64,000 nt of DNA from the human T2T-CHM13v2.0 reference genome, Homo sapiens (GCF_009914755.1 NC_060940.1), one strand, 5' to 3'; counted from the stretch's first letter, positions 14,530 to 33,358 are shown. Notes: generated by a model not told the origin, from the sequence alone. A program made the numbers and translations.

Positions 14530-15150
14530 TCTCTCAGAAGAGGTGAAATAACTTCTATTCCACTATTCCTACTCCACAATATTCAATTCAGAATATCCAT
14601 TTGCAGGCCAATTCCTCCCAATAGGAAAATGTTCAAGACAACGGAAGGTAAACGGTAGGCAAGTTTTCTCCCCCTTTCCCCTTTGATTATTAAAAGAGCC
14701 TTTTCAGAAGTCCATATTTGAAAGTGTCCCTTTGTTTGGTGCCCCAGAGGTTTTGCCTCCCAGGGGCAATTCAGGGCAGATTAAGGGTATGCACTCCTTT
14801 TGCAAAGCAAGAGAAGAACAGATTATAGGAGGCGCTTGGGAAAGGAGCATCTGCGCAAGCAACCAGGGCCATTCCCAGAAGACCACACATGAAGCTGAGG
14901 ATCTAAAACTGGAGTCCCCTAGAACTGTCCACTTTACTCTTCCCAATTTGAAGACCACTGACTGCTGACCCCTTGCTTTGAGAATATTTCCTCAAAAGAC
15001 TGGAAAAAGGCAGATAACAGTGGTCTCAACTGTTACTGACTTGCTTTGAAACTTGGAGAACTTTCCTTAATGTCTTACTGTGCTAATCTGAAATTGGAAT
15101 CAATATCTAGTTTCCTGTTTCCTTCTCATGGTATTTTGAGAATTAAGCAT

Positions 15151-15929
15151 TGTCAACACAAAGAGTCAAAACTCTGTAAAATATTTGAAGAGATTTATTC
15201 TGAGCCAAATATGAGTGACCATGGCCCATGACACAGCCCTCAGGAGGTCCTGAGAACATGTGCCCAAGCTGATCGGGGCACGGCTTGGTTTTATATATTT
15301 TAGGGAGGCATGAGACATCAATCAAATACATTTAAGAAATACATTGGTTTGGTTCAGAAAGGCAGGACAACCCAAAGCGGGTTGAGAGGTGGGAAGCTTC
15401 CAGAGTATAGGTAAATTTAAACATTTTCTGATCAACAATTGGTTGAGTTTGTCTAAAGACCTGGGATCAATAGAAAGAAAATGTTCAGGTTAAGACAAAA
15501 GACTATGGAGACCAAGGTTCTTTTGAAGTCTTATAGTGGCTGCCCTTAGAGACAATAGATGACAAATTGTTTCCTATTCAGACCTTTAAAAGGTGCTAGA
15601 CTCTTACTTAATCTCTTAAAGATTGGGAGGATCTGGAAGAAAAAGATCTAACTACGTTAATAGAGATTCTTTAGATGCACATTTCCCCCCACAAAGGACA
15701 GCTTTGCAGGACCATTTCAAAACATGGCAAAGAAACGAGTTTTGGGGTAAAATATTTTGACTTTCTTCTTTGTCACATAATGTTATGCCACAGTCAGATT
15801 GGAAAGTAAGTCATGATATATGAAGTTAAATAAAACCCATCTGATGAGAATTTATGGTTTGTAGAGCAGATTCTCAGAACCCTTAGATAGGAATTTGGCC
15901 AAGATTTAAAAATCAGAGTTTAGTCTTCA
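15151..15929 (-). mobile_element. ERV1 solo LTR (MER4D/E-like)
   Basis: TG...CA ends, 4-bp TSD GCAT (15147-15150 / 15930-15933), MER4-group core. Confidence 0.85.
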
Positions 15930-16246
15930 GCATGAAGGTTAGCAGTACTACTTAGGTTTTGAATAGCACTTTTACCTTTCTGAATGACTTTGCTGCCTGG
16001 ATCTTCTGTTTCCCTCTCAACTGTCCCTCAAAGGCAAGTCTCACCTTTGTGCAACAGGTGTGGGGCACGGAGGCCCAGGGCGAGACTGGCCAAAGATCAC
16101 ACAGCAAATAGGTGACCTGGTTGGGAATAGAACCTGCGTTTACCTCCTTTCTCCAAATGCATCAGCACAGGAAAATACGGAGAAAACAAGTTTACACTTG
16201 ATGTTAGTCAAAAGGCCAAGAAGCAATTGTATATCTAAGTTCATAG

Positions 16247-16530
<284 letters not shown>

Positions 16531-17471
16531 AAAGATTTTTTAAAATAATGTTCATAAAGAGAGGCCAATTCATATTCTTAGTTTATTCCAGCAAACTATG
16601 ATTCAGATATCTGAAGGGGGAAAAAAAAACCAAAACCTGAAGTTCCCAAAGACAGTCTCCATTCTAAACTGCACCTCCTTCTTCACAGTCCAGTGACCTA
16701 TGACATGCTTTCTACTTCTGAATCCACCCTGTAAAATGATCCTCTTCTGAAAGGAGTTTCCCACCAAACAAGGAAGTTCTAGACATAATCACACTTCAGG
16801 AGATATTTGTGTATGGTTTGCTTTTTGTTGTTTTGTTTGTTGATTTTGCTTTGCTTGGAGCAAAGTTTTAAATTTAATTTCTGTACAAAAGCTATTACAA
16901 AAGAGGTAAGATTTCCTCCTACTTCTTTTCTCCTGCCACCCAGTTCCTTTTCCCAGAGGTAATCAATGAGAAATAATTTAGAATGTAAGATATGTTATAA
17001 TTCTGTACATGCCATGGCAACAGGAAATAAGCCATTCAGGGCTCATCCGGAATCCAGGAAGTGTTTGGATATTGGAAAAACAAAAACAAAAAAAAACCTT
17101 TGTTCTGTAAGACAGTATAGAAAGTTGGGAGAAAGGTCTACTCCAGGATCAAGGTAAAATCTGACATGCCACATAACCATAAAAGAGAATGGGGGATAAA
17201 AGAATGAAATAATGAGTCTACCTGGGAGCTATGTGTGAGCCCAAGACAGGAATGGGAGTTTCCAGAAGTTCACAGAGCAGTTAAGACCAGAATAAATCCA
17301 GGTAGCCAAGACCAGTCAGGACCAGGCATGGAGATAGACCCCAGGGCTGCCTCTCTTTCCAAGCTGATCTGCAGACTGAAAATTTAGACCAGTTACAAAT
17401 TATCTAAACTGCCCCAGGAGCTGAAAACCTTTAAATTTTAGAGTTGCGAGGAAACAAATACTATCTAATAC

Positions 17472-17978
17472 ATCTACTCTCAAGCATTTTGGTCTCAGGG
17501 CCCCTTAACACTTGGAAAGATACTGAGAATCCCATAGTGTTTTTGTTTATATGGGCTCCTCTCTATAGATATTTACCATATTAGAAATCAAAATTGATAA
17601 ATTTTTAAATATTTATTTATTCAAAAATGACAATTATGAACATATTACATGTTGACAAAAATGCTTTTATTAAAAATAAATATATTTTATTTTTTAAAAA
17701 TTAAGGGGAATGATTAGCATTATTTTACAGTTTTGAAAATCTCTTTAAAGTCTGCCTTAATGGAAGACAACTGGATTCTCCTTTCTGCATCTGCATTCAA
17801 GGTGATTTGATATCACATGACACATAGCCTTGGGAAAACCACCATACACACACACACGAGAATGAAGACGGCAAACGATGTCCTAGCATGATTATTAAAA
17901 TGATTTTGCATCTACAGACCTCCTGAAAGGGTCTCGAGGACCCCAATGGTTCCTGGACCACACTTTGAAAACTATGGA
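17472..17978. mobile_element. hAT-Charlie DNA transposon remnant
   Basis: GGTCTCAGGGCCCCTTAACAC ... GGACCACACTTTGAAAACTA. Confidence 0.6.
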
Positions 17979-18941
17979 TCTGAAAATAATTTAGGATTGC
18001 ATTTTCCTGTAATGCCGCGTCTTAGCAATGTGACCTTGGGTGAGCTACTTAACTTCTCTAAGCCTCAGCTTCCTCCGCTGTAAAGCAGCACTAAGAATAG
18101 AAGGCTACGTTTATGGCCACATGCCTTCCTATAATCTGGGTATCTTCATGGTCATTATATATATAAGTGAGGTAATACTTATAAATATTTAATACAGTAC
18201 TTGGCCCCTAGTAATCACTCAGGTAACAACTCTTCCTACTATTATTGTTAATATTTGCTATTACTACATATCAAGCATTGTGCCAGGCACAGCAGGGGTC
18301 ATATCACAGGGTGTAAGAGGCCTCAAGTTGCTTAACAGTAGGGGACATAGGACAAATACCTAATTATAGAACAGAACAGATTTTGTCCGAATGATACAAA
18401 CCAGGAAGAGGTCACATTCATTCACTCATTCAACAAATATTAATCGATTTTCTCCAGTGTGCCAGGAACAACAGGGAGGAAGAGGCCAAGGTTTCAGAGC
18501 CTCAGGAATGAGGAACAGCAGGAGGTGAGGGGGTCAGTGAGGAATGGGATGGGCTGGGCGTGGCCAAATCAGGTAAGGCTTTGTAGGCCTATGTAATTGA
18601 GGATATAAGGAAATGTTTTATGAGAAGGCTGCATTTGAATTAGAACTTCAGAAGAGGCAGGATTCGGGATAAAATTGATGTGCACATTCTTTTATGCACT
18701 TTCAACAGATATTTGAGATTTCCGCCAAGTCTGCTGCACAAACGATCCCTACTTCCAAAGAAGATATTTTTGCATTTAATGGTTTTTATCACATAAGAAA
18801 TACATGCGCACTTTTAAAAATTAGAAAATACAGGAGTGACCAGCCTGGGCAAACATAGCAAGACTACTACATCTCTACAAAAAAAAAAGAAAGGTGGGGC
18901 GGGGGGGGGGGCCAGGTGTTTCTTCTATAATGTTCTTGCTA

Positions 18942-19172
<231 letters not shown>

Positions 19173-19239
19173 CTACAGGATTCAACCCTAAGCCTGTGGG
19201 ACCAGTGGTTTGTCTGCAGGGAGCTAGGAGCAGCTAGAA

Positions 19240-19760
19240 AAGCCGGCCTGCCTGCCAGGGTAGACCTCCTCCTCGCCCCCTAACCAAATTGTGCTCACGT
19301 TCCTTGAGTCCTCACCGCCCGACTGCGCACTGGAGAAGTTGGAAGGAAAAAGCCTCGTGCAAGAGGAAGCGCAACCCAGGGCGCAGAAGCCCCCTCCTGG
19401 CGCCGCAGCGGGGCTCTGCCAGCTCTCCAGGGAGGCGCTGGGTGGAGGATATGGCCAGAAAGGCAGATGTCTTCTAAGGGGGAAAACAAAGTTCCTGGGC
19501 GAAGGAAACGTGAGAAAAGGACAAAGAGGAGTAAAGAAGAGGGTGCATCAGCTTGGGAAACGCAGCAAGGCGCACAGTGCATGCGCACTATGTAGAGCGT
19601 AGGGGCTGCGGGGCGGTGTGGGGAGAGGTCACGGCCACCGTGCGTGCGAGGCCGGGGAGGCTGCGGGGGATCGCATGGGAGCCCCCGAGGTGAAGCCGGG
19701 AAAGCGGCCCCACGACGACCCCCTGACGGCTGCGGGAGGGCTGAGAAGCCTCCTTCCCTA
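19240..19760. promoter_or_regulatory. Orphan CpG-rich island with NRF1-like and GC-box motifs
   Basis: High GC/CpG outside repeats. AGTGCATGCGCACT 19576-19589; GGGGCGG 19610-19616. Confidence 0.55.
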
Positions 19761-19783
19761 ATACATTAAAGAAAAAAAAATTA

Positions 19784-20138
<355 letters not shown>

Positions 20139-21207
20139 TTAGATTTTGGAAGGGTTTAAAATTTCCCCCCTTGCCTTTAGATTCTCTAATCTTGTATCCG
20201 ACGTTAATTAAGCACCTACTGTGTACTAGATGCTGGTGCTGGGGGCACAAAATGGAAGACCCCTATAGTCCTATAGGGAGGCATATATGTAAACGCATGT
20301 GCATCATTACAGAGGTTTGTACAATTTACTTTGGGGGGCGAGGAGAAAGAACTGGCACGGGGAGAAGGGAAGGTTGCACAGGAAAGGCATATCTGAACAG
20401 GGTTTAGAAGGCTGAATTTTTGGCAGGTGGAATGGGAGTAAGGTGGGGAGGAGAACATTCTAGAAGAAACAGCAGGTCTTAGAGAGGCATGGAGTGTGAA
20501 AAGACGTGCTTCTGTGACTAACATAACAAAATAATTTGGACAAAGTTATTTATCCTTCCTAACTCTTAAGTTCCTCTTGAATAAAAAGAAATAGTGACAG
20601 CAATATAGCAATGTGTCCAATCAGTGGATTATGAAACACACTTCAAAGGCAAAATGATATCCTCACACCCAAAAGGTAAATGCTATCATAACTCGGGTGA
20701 ACTGTGTTCTTGGAAAGGGAGCTTAAAACAGTTTATCCCAATGTTGATTCTGGTTTTGGCTTCATGGAGTCTCATTCATTCTTACTTCTGACCTCTACCC
20801 CTACTGTAATTATTTTTTCAAGGAACTGGACCAACAGGACCCAAGGGAGAGTATCAAAGGCAAAACAAAGGAAAATGAGGACAACCCAATACTCAGAAAA
20901 AAAAACGAGTAATTCATGGATTCACAACGGGCAACAAACTAGATGACTATTAGGAAGAGAAGAGCAAACCTTATGATCTCAAAATGATTTCTTGTTCATT
21001 TGCATCCTCGCATCAATCTAGACTTTAAGAAATATGTGATTTTTAAATAAATGGGTATATCTGCATAATAGTGTTTTGGCATTAAATTATTTGATATGAC
21101 TATTAAACATGTTTCTGCAAAAACCACTTCACCATACTGCTAGAATCTAGCAGCTAGATTGACCCAACACTTCATTATGTCATTCCCTTGCTCAAAGGTT
21201 GAAAGCA

Positions 21208-21477
21208 ACCAGATGTGGTGGCTCACACCTGTAATCCCAACACTTTAGGAGGCCAAGACAGGATGATCACTTGAGCCCAGGAGTTCAAAACTAGCCTGGG
21301 CAACAAAGTGAGACCTTTTCTCTACACAAAATAAAAACACATAGTCCCAGCTATTTGGGAGGCTGAGGTGGAAGGATCGCTTGAGCTCGGGCGGTCAAGG
21401 TGGTAGTGAACTGTGATTGCACCACTGCACTCCAGCCTATATAACAGAATGAGCCTGTCTTAAAAATAAAAAATAAA
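21208..21477 (+). mobile_element. AluJ
   Basis: Alu consensus. Confidence 0.85.
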
Positions 21478-22177
21478 GTTGTAACTATTCTCTGCTAAGT
21501 AGAATATAAAAATGCCCTAACCTTACACTCAGATTTCCACAATTAAGCTCTATTCTGCCCCCTATCCACACCCTTTTTCACTATTGCTCTACAGAAACCC
21601 TCTTCTTTGACAAAATTAATTTTCTTAGTGTGCCTCAAACACACAATCCCATGTGAACACTGACCTTTCATAAAGATGATATTCTCGCCACCCCAGCCAC
21701 ATACTTAACTAGGCTACTAGATACATGTGTCCTCTGTGGTCTCCTAGTGGAAATTCTGTTTTTAATGTTAATACAAATAATTTTTTAAGCAATGCAAGTT
21801 TCTTGACATTGTTTAGGAAACGTCAGTGGTTAGAGTGATTTAGTATTGCGTACTGAAAATAATAGAAAAAATATCGACACTGAGTCATATCTACTTCTTT
21901 ACCTTCGACCTTTTAAAATGTACTTGTGGGATTTAGATTATCTTTGGATTGAACTATACAATACAATAAAATGTAAAATTAAGTGCCCCATGTTTGAGAG
22001 ACAATCATTGTACTTGAGGTAGAAAAGTGCTTTAAACAGTGATGAGACTTGGTTTTATATTGTCGCTTCACATATGTTTGTTGGACCAGGTTTTCTGTGG
22101 GTGCGTGTATTTGATTACATTGTTTAGTTATAGGGAATGTGCACCTGTTTTTTGTTGTTGTTGTTGTTGTTGTTTTC

Positions 22178-22814
<637 letters not shown>

Positions 22815-22964
22815 TCATTCCTTCCTTTCCCAGACTTTCACCAAGCGCCTTCTATGGGCCAAGCATTGTGCTACGTGCTAGGTATACACAGGCAAGAGGT
22901 AATATACACAGATAAAAGGTGATTCTCTCCCAACGTGAGTTGGGAAGACAGACATGGCTAAGGC

Positions 22965-23722
<758 letters not shown>

Positions 23723-24157
23723 AGCTCTGAACACACAGACCAGGGCACCTAACTCAGCCTAGGGACATAAGGAATGGTTTCCCAGAGAAGGTGATGCTGA
23801 CTTGAGTTGAATCTTGAAAGAGAAGACGCAAGTTAACCAGGCAATAAAGCAGAGAGGGCGCTTTAAGCAGAGCAACCCACATGAACCAAGAGCTTTGGAG
23901 ACTGAAGTGCTTCCACGTCTTTACTTTATGTGATGCATATGCCCTGCAGCTATTAACCTTTCTGCAGTTTCCTGTCTGGAATGTAGATGTGAGCCCTAGA
24001 TGTGCACAGCTGTCTCCTGGCCATGAGGCAATAAGCATGAAGTTGATGGTCTGTAGAAATAAGTCACCCAATGGCATTCTTGAGCCACTGTATCCACCCC
24101 AACTGTATGACTACATGACTTCATGTCACACAGGTCAGCACCCAGGAACTCCTGTGA

Positions 24158-24625
<468 letters not shown>

Positions 24626-24929
24626 TGATGCAGTTTCTCAATGTCTAGAGTTTCAACAACACCCCTACCCTGGCCTCCACGTCACCATTGCCAAGAGTAA
24701 AGAGAGAGCACCCCAGCCTCTTCCAGCAGGTACTTCACACTGCCCTTCCCCAAGTTTTCAGTTTGGCCACCACTATCTTCCTGGAGGCCATCATTATCTG
24801 TTATTATTTCCTTTATCCTGGTTTATGCCAGTCACACAAGTAGCCCAGGATCCTCAGTTGTTCCTTATCCCTTGTGTTTCATCCCAAATGGCTCCAAATG
24901 TCTCATTTTCTGACCCCATTTCCCACCCT

Positions 24930-26064
<1,135 letters not shown>

Positions 26065-29000
26065 TAAAAGGTGCCTAACTAAGCATCTCGAGGAATTTGT
26101 ACTGTGTCTCTAATGAGCTCTTTTGTAGCATTTTCATCAGGGAAATGCTGGGGATCAGATCCATCCTAGGAAAGATCATTCTAGCTGCAGCATAGAGTGG
26201 GAAGGCTGGAGGGCATAAGATTGGGGATATGGGAAAAAGTGAGAGACTGTTGGCAGAAATTCAAGCAAAAAAAAAATTGAAAGGCAGACTGAAGACAGGG
26301 GCTGTTGACATATAAAGGAGGGCAAATTTGACAGCTATTTAAGGTTATTTTACCTTTAGACAGACATTGGTGATCAATGTGATACATGAGGTGACAGTCC
26401 ACCGGAAGACACACTGATAGTCTCCCCAGATTTCATCCCCAGAAACTCCCTGACTAAATCATCACGGGTCACCTGAAGCAGTCTCTGACAGTTTTTGGAA
26501 GACCAGAGGTAGAATTTCAGGAGCCTGATTCCAGATAAAGCCACAATTATGCAGCAATGTTATGTTCCTGAACCATCAAAGACATATAAGGGATGCCTGA
26601 GTTTTACTAGGAGCTCCTGGCTCATTATTTCCTATTTTCCCATCCCCTCTGCCCTTCAAGGGAGCAACAAAAAAGCAAGAACCAGTGAAAAACTTAAAAC
26701 TGTGTTCGTTTTTTCCCTAATCTATTCTAGTCCAACTTATTCTCCCACTGTTGAAACAAATATTTCTAACACAGATAAGGGACATCGTATTGCTGGGGGA
26801 TTCCCTACACAGATGTCCACCACCAGGGCCCAGCTCAAGGAAGCAAGTTCTACTGAAAGCAATTACCCATTTGATAATAGGATTTACAGCAACCAAGATT
26901 TCCTTCCTGGCTTGCAGACACTTCTTCCGAAGGCGCTGGCTCCCTGTGATGCTAAGATCCAGTCTCTATAGACTTCAGAAACTTAGCCAAACTACAAAGC
27001 CCTCCAGAATCTATTCTCTAAACTCAGCCACTTAGCCAGTGACCTACTCAGGCCAGACACTGGCTTTGGTAAGCAAAACAGGGCTGGTGACCAATGTAGG
27101 GAGTGACATGTTCCTCAACAGTTTCAGGCCTGGACATCTGCATTGCAGGCTGATGCTTAGCGTAAAAAAATGAGGAATGCTAGAGCCCCCATAAGAAAAG
27201 AAACTCAAGGAAGCATCACTGTCCTTTCAGTGTCACTAGGGACAGAAAAGATATGTAGGTAAGTGTGGAAGTGAAGAAACTGCAATCTCATTTGGAGTGA
27301 TGGTCAGGGTAAGGTAGCAGGAGTAGGTAGTATAACCAGCAGAAAGATCCTTTTGACCCCTGAGAAAATCAGAGTCTAGGTCAGTAGCTGACCCCAGGTC
27401 TCTTCACCACTCAGGTGGGTCCCCAGACAGTAAAGATGGTAAACTTCCAAGGGCAAAGATGAGATCAGCGACTCCGCTGAATAGTGGTCCCCAGGAGACA
27501 ATTGTCTAAATCACTTCAAGTACACACAGCCTTTTGTACGGATTTTAAACTTGGGATTCCTTGGCATTGCACATGATTTTGTGTTTGTATATGAGCAATT
27601 GTACATTTTTCTACAGAGGTCTATATCTGTTATCAGATTTTGGAGACTCAAAAAGAAAAAGATTAGATCTCTTACTTGACTGCACGATCCAATATGGTTG
27701 CACTAGCACGTTTCAGGTGGACAGTGGCTACTGTATAGTGCAGATATGGAACATTTCCATCATCACAGAGACTGTTATTGGACAGTGCTGCCTTAGAGAC
27801 ATGGGCTGCAGGACTTCCACAAGAAGGCCTGGATATCAGACACCAGCATTCAAATTTCTTCCCAGTGCTGTGGAATGTGGTAGACCCTTGGAAGTCCAGT
27901 ATCTGAACATGCTGGTCACCACCGTATACTAGTGACCAGAGGATGCCTTTCTTCAGCTGCTTGGCATTCTGCCAGCATGAATTCCTAGCACGGGAAAGAT
28001 GGCAGGTGATCTGAATTACTTGGGGTTATGGTGTATTTGAGTGACCTCACTATATTTGGGAAGGCGCTGGAAAAACACGAAAAGAATGTTAGAAAGGGCT
28101 GGAATAAAACTACAGGAGTCCCCTCTTTATCCACGGTTTTGTTTCCCAGTTTTAACTACTCATCATCAACCACGATTTGAAAATATTAAATGGGAAAATT
28201 ACAGAAATAAACAGTTCATTTATTACATACTATTCTGAGTAGCATGATGAAGCCTTGTGCCATCTCGCTGTGTCGTGCCAGCACCTGAATCATCTCTTTG
28301 TGCATAAAAGCAAAACTACCGACTGCCCAGTTCTAGTGCTTCCAGTTACACCTCTGCCCAAAGTCCTTCACTGGAGGAAGAGAAATTTCTCTTCTCTCTG
28401 CCAGAGAGAAACAGGAAGGGAGGAAGAGCCACACAATTGAAATCAAGTCAAGGCAAGCACCACAGGTTCTTGTCATTTGTGCTTAGCGGACTTAGCTGAT
28501 GGAAATCGGCAAAGATCATCCCAAAGCTCACACAACTCCCTGCCTGCTCTCTCTCTCTTCCAAGGTCTGGAAAAGGAAGTGGCAGCTGAGTTGCGGGGGT
28601 GGGTGGCGGTGGGAAGGTATTATTATTCAACCACTTTTTAACTCTTATATTGTCATATTATTGTGTTAGGAGCTTCATACGCATTAATCCTAACATTCAC
28701 AACAATACTGTAAAATAGATATTGTTACCCTTATTTAACACCGATGATATTCTAGGGCTCAAAGAGGTGGTATGACTTGCCCGGCAAGATCTTGGACTTG
28801 AAAGTCTGAGGCTTCCATTCTCCACCACAATTTACGTTTATTCACGGGCATCCATTGTTTCAGACTCATGACAACCGTGTAAAGTAGCACGGAGTAGGTA
28901 AGTGATTTGCCCAAGGGCACACAGCAAGGGAGAGGTTGTAATCTTTAATGATAATTTGTTTCTTTTTTTCTTAAAGGGGACTTTTTTTTCTCCTGTACCA

Positions 29001-29149
29001 CCAAGCCAGTACATCTATGTCCTCCCAGAAAATATTTATTACCTCTTGTAGCAAGGGTGAAGATATTGAATACAACACAGAGGCTGAGAAATGTTACCTC
29101 CCTAGACCCAGGGTGGAGTGAGCAGGCAGGTGTAATGCAAGAAATAACT

Positions 29150-29640
29150 TTCACATTTTCTCCTTGGAGATAAGAACAAGGTCTAAAAATCAGGTTTGAG
29201 ATTTTGTAGCCTTTCGGCTTGTAAGTGTCATGAAATTTCCCTATCAGCCTCATCTACTAGCTCCCTGGGTCTCTCTCTCTCTCTTTCTCTTTTTCCCCAC
29301 CTCCCCACTCTGCCCATAGGGAGTTGACCTTCACAGTTGCCTTTCAGTAGTCAACATGCCAGGATGCCTCCAGTCTGGGGGAAAATGCTTCCTCATTTGC
29401 TTCTCCCAGCCCACCTCAAGCAGTCTCCCCACCCCTTGAGTCTCAGCAGTGTTAAAGCTGTTACTTTCACAGCTTCCTGGGAGCGAGTGCTTTCTCAAGC
29501 CCGTCTTGCAAGGTGGGTCCTTTTTTGTTTTTGGCAGAAGGGAGGGACAGTGAAATGTGCTCTGAGTAGGGACGGTTATGCAAAAGCAAGTAGGAGGAGG
29601 AAGCCAAGAGGGGAGTTGGTGAGTCAGAGGAGAAAAGCGC
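29150..29640 (+). promoter_or_regulatory. Putative CHST4 promoter (non-CpG-island)
   Basis: Unique sequence upstream of the donors. kB-like GAAATTTCCC 29232-29241, AP-1 TGAGTCA 29620-29626, TGACCT half site near 29325. Confidence 0.5.
29340..29512 (+). other. CHST4: CHST4 alternative non-coding first exon (proximal donor); 5' end approximate
   Basis: Donor GCAAG|GTGGGT at 29512/29513, 183 nt upstream of the other donor. Confidence 0.55.
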
Positions 29641-29695
29641 ATGGCCCGGCTAGCAGTGAGCCTCTCAAAAGCAGCAGGGAAGCCCAAGCCACAAG
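29600..29695 (+). other. CHST4: CHST4 non-coding first exon (distal donor); 5' end approximate
   Basis: Strong donor CAAG|GTAAGA at 29695/29696 in unique sequence. The junction CCACAAG|GTCTTCC agrees with my recollection of the cDNA. Confidence 0.7.
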
Positions 29696-30469
29696 GTAAG
29701 AAGAGAATTTCTGTGTACGACTCCAATGCAGAGCCATTACCCAGAGCTGCTGGAGCAAGAGTATCAGATAACCTCTGGCAGCTAAGCTAGAGATTACAGT
29801 GGCGAAGGCGGTTTGCGCAGAGGGGATAAATCAGATCACCTGGGGAATTTTCTGGGTAAAATAAAACACAAGCTGCTTACCAGCAGCCCCCAAGCCCCAC
29901 TAGCTCTATCCCTAAATGGGTCCAAAAGAGCCCAGAGAGCAGATCAGGCTGTTCTGATGTATATTTTGTAGATGGTCCCCTGGTGCCAACTGACTCGTTC
30001 AGATCCTGGCTTTGGAGCTCAAATTTCTGTACTTCCTGCAGCTTCTCCTCTGTTTTCTGCTGGGGAGTGGAAGACAGGAGGTGCAAGGAGCTGTAGGTTT
30101 TCTCTAGCTCAGGAGAGGGACAGTGTGATCATTGAAAATTCTCAGCCCTGGGATCCCCAAAACCTGGGTTCTGATCCAGAAAAGGCTATTTATACCGGAT
30201 GAGCCAGTCAATTAAAGTTTAGTTTATTTATTCTGAAAAATGAAGAAATGTCTCATCACTGTCTAAAATATCTAACCGATCAGTATCATAATTGCAGCTA
30301 AAAGGGCTTTAAAAATGTGGAACACCACGCACATGTGCAATATGATTAAGTTATGGTGCCAACATATCAGCTATGGTAGAAGATACGTCTATCTTGCATG
30401 GCCTTGGACAAGTATGAAACTTCTAATTGGAATTGAAATACTTTTCTATGTGTAAAATAAATGTAATAT

Positions 30470-31535
<1,066 letters not shown>

Positions 31536-32739
31536 ATATCTTGCTCAATCTTCCTTTCTGGGTCTCATATAGTAAAAAAAAAAACACTGTACAAATATAT
31601 GTTCACTTGTCATTTGTTGAAAGATGTTCCTTGAGCACCTACTATGTGCCATGCACTGTCCTTGGCACTAGTGACACAGCCCTGGCGGGACCCAGGTCCA
31701 ATCCTCCTGACACTGTCTAGGAAGAGTTTGTTATATGGACACCCTTTACCCAGGTGCCTAGCTTCAGAGGTTTTCCAGGTCTTCAGGCTGCTTGTGAGGA
31801 TGCCAGTTTCCCCAATCCAACCCCATTCTCTCTCTCTTTGCTCAAGGTATCTTCTGCTGTATCTAATTTCTACTTGTAAGGGGCATAATCTCATGGGAAG
31901 TGTAAGTTAGGAATGCATCCAGTGGCTGGAACCCAGACTTCTTAAATTAGTATCTATCTGGTTTTTTTCCCCCTCAGAATTTCCCATTTTGTCTCTACGA
32001 GGCTACATGGTACCGATTTGGGGGACATCTATAATTCAGCCCTCTCTAATCAGCTGCTGCTTGAGGTCACCCATCTGGCACCTTCGTGGTTCCTGTGCCA
32101 AACATAGATTCTCCCTTCTCACCACCCTTTGGTGGCGTTTTCAAGTTCCTAAGGTTCTCTTGACTCCTCAGAAATGGCTGTCCTTTGTGTTTTAAGATGA
32201 TACCGTTCACCCATCGTTGGGGCAACATTTTTTTAAATTAATTTTTTGGGGTGGTGATGATGGAATGTGCTGAGTTTGGGTTTTTTGTTTTGTTTTTGTT
32301 TTTTGTTTTTTTTTTTTTGCTTTTGCTTTGTTAGCCTAGTAACTGAGCTGATTCAAGCAAGGTAGCCTATCACCCAGCAATGAGGCTTTTATTTTTTAAA
32401 TGTTTTCTAAAACTAATTTTCATACAGGAAGAGAAAAATAATTTCCCTCCTGGTTTTAATTAATGCATGCTTGGTATAGTAACTGTTTTTTGGACCAAGG
32501 GTTACTGTGCCATACTGCATCTAACCCATGCCTCTGACTTTATTAGTAGCTTGGTCCAAGTAACTGAGACGGCATGGGTAATGTGCTCACTGTTCCATGC
32601 AATCACCTAAATTTTAGTCACTGATGCTGAAGAGTGTCCGTGTGCATTTCAGAAAAGGATACTTATGTTTCATTCTCTTGAAGGAGCTCCTTTAGTTTTC
32701 TGCTTTCTAGCAATTACTGTGCCTCTTCCCATGCTCATC

Positions 32740-32741
<2 letters not shown>

Positions 32742-32773
<32 letters not shown>

Positions 32774-32838
32774 AGACCAAGTTTCGCTCTGTTGACCAGG
32801 CTGGAGTGCAGCGGTGTGATCTTGATCAGGAGATCAAG
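32742..32838 (-). mobile_element. Severely 5'-truncated Alu with TSD
   Basis: T31 + about 50 nt of Alu; TSD 32728-32741 / 32839-32852. Confidence 0.85.
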
Positions 32839-33011
32839 CCCACACTCATCTATTTACTCACTTACTCATTTATTTAGCAAGTGTTTAATGAGCCGAGCCC
32901 TGATCATTTGTAGAATTGTTATGTACGTGTAAGTAAGATAAGATACAGCCTTTCCCTTAAGCTATAGTGGCCCAGAGAAAAGAGAGGCACCCATACAGGC
33001 TTTTACTGTCA

Positions 33012-33358
<347 letters not shown>

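Noticed and set aside
20822-20855. Collagen-like GPTGPKGE
   Set aside because: Only three triplets; chance.
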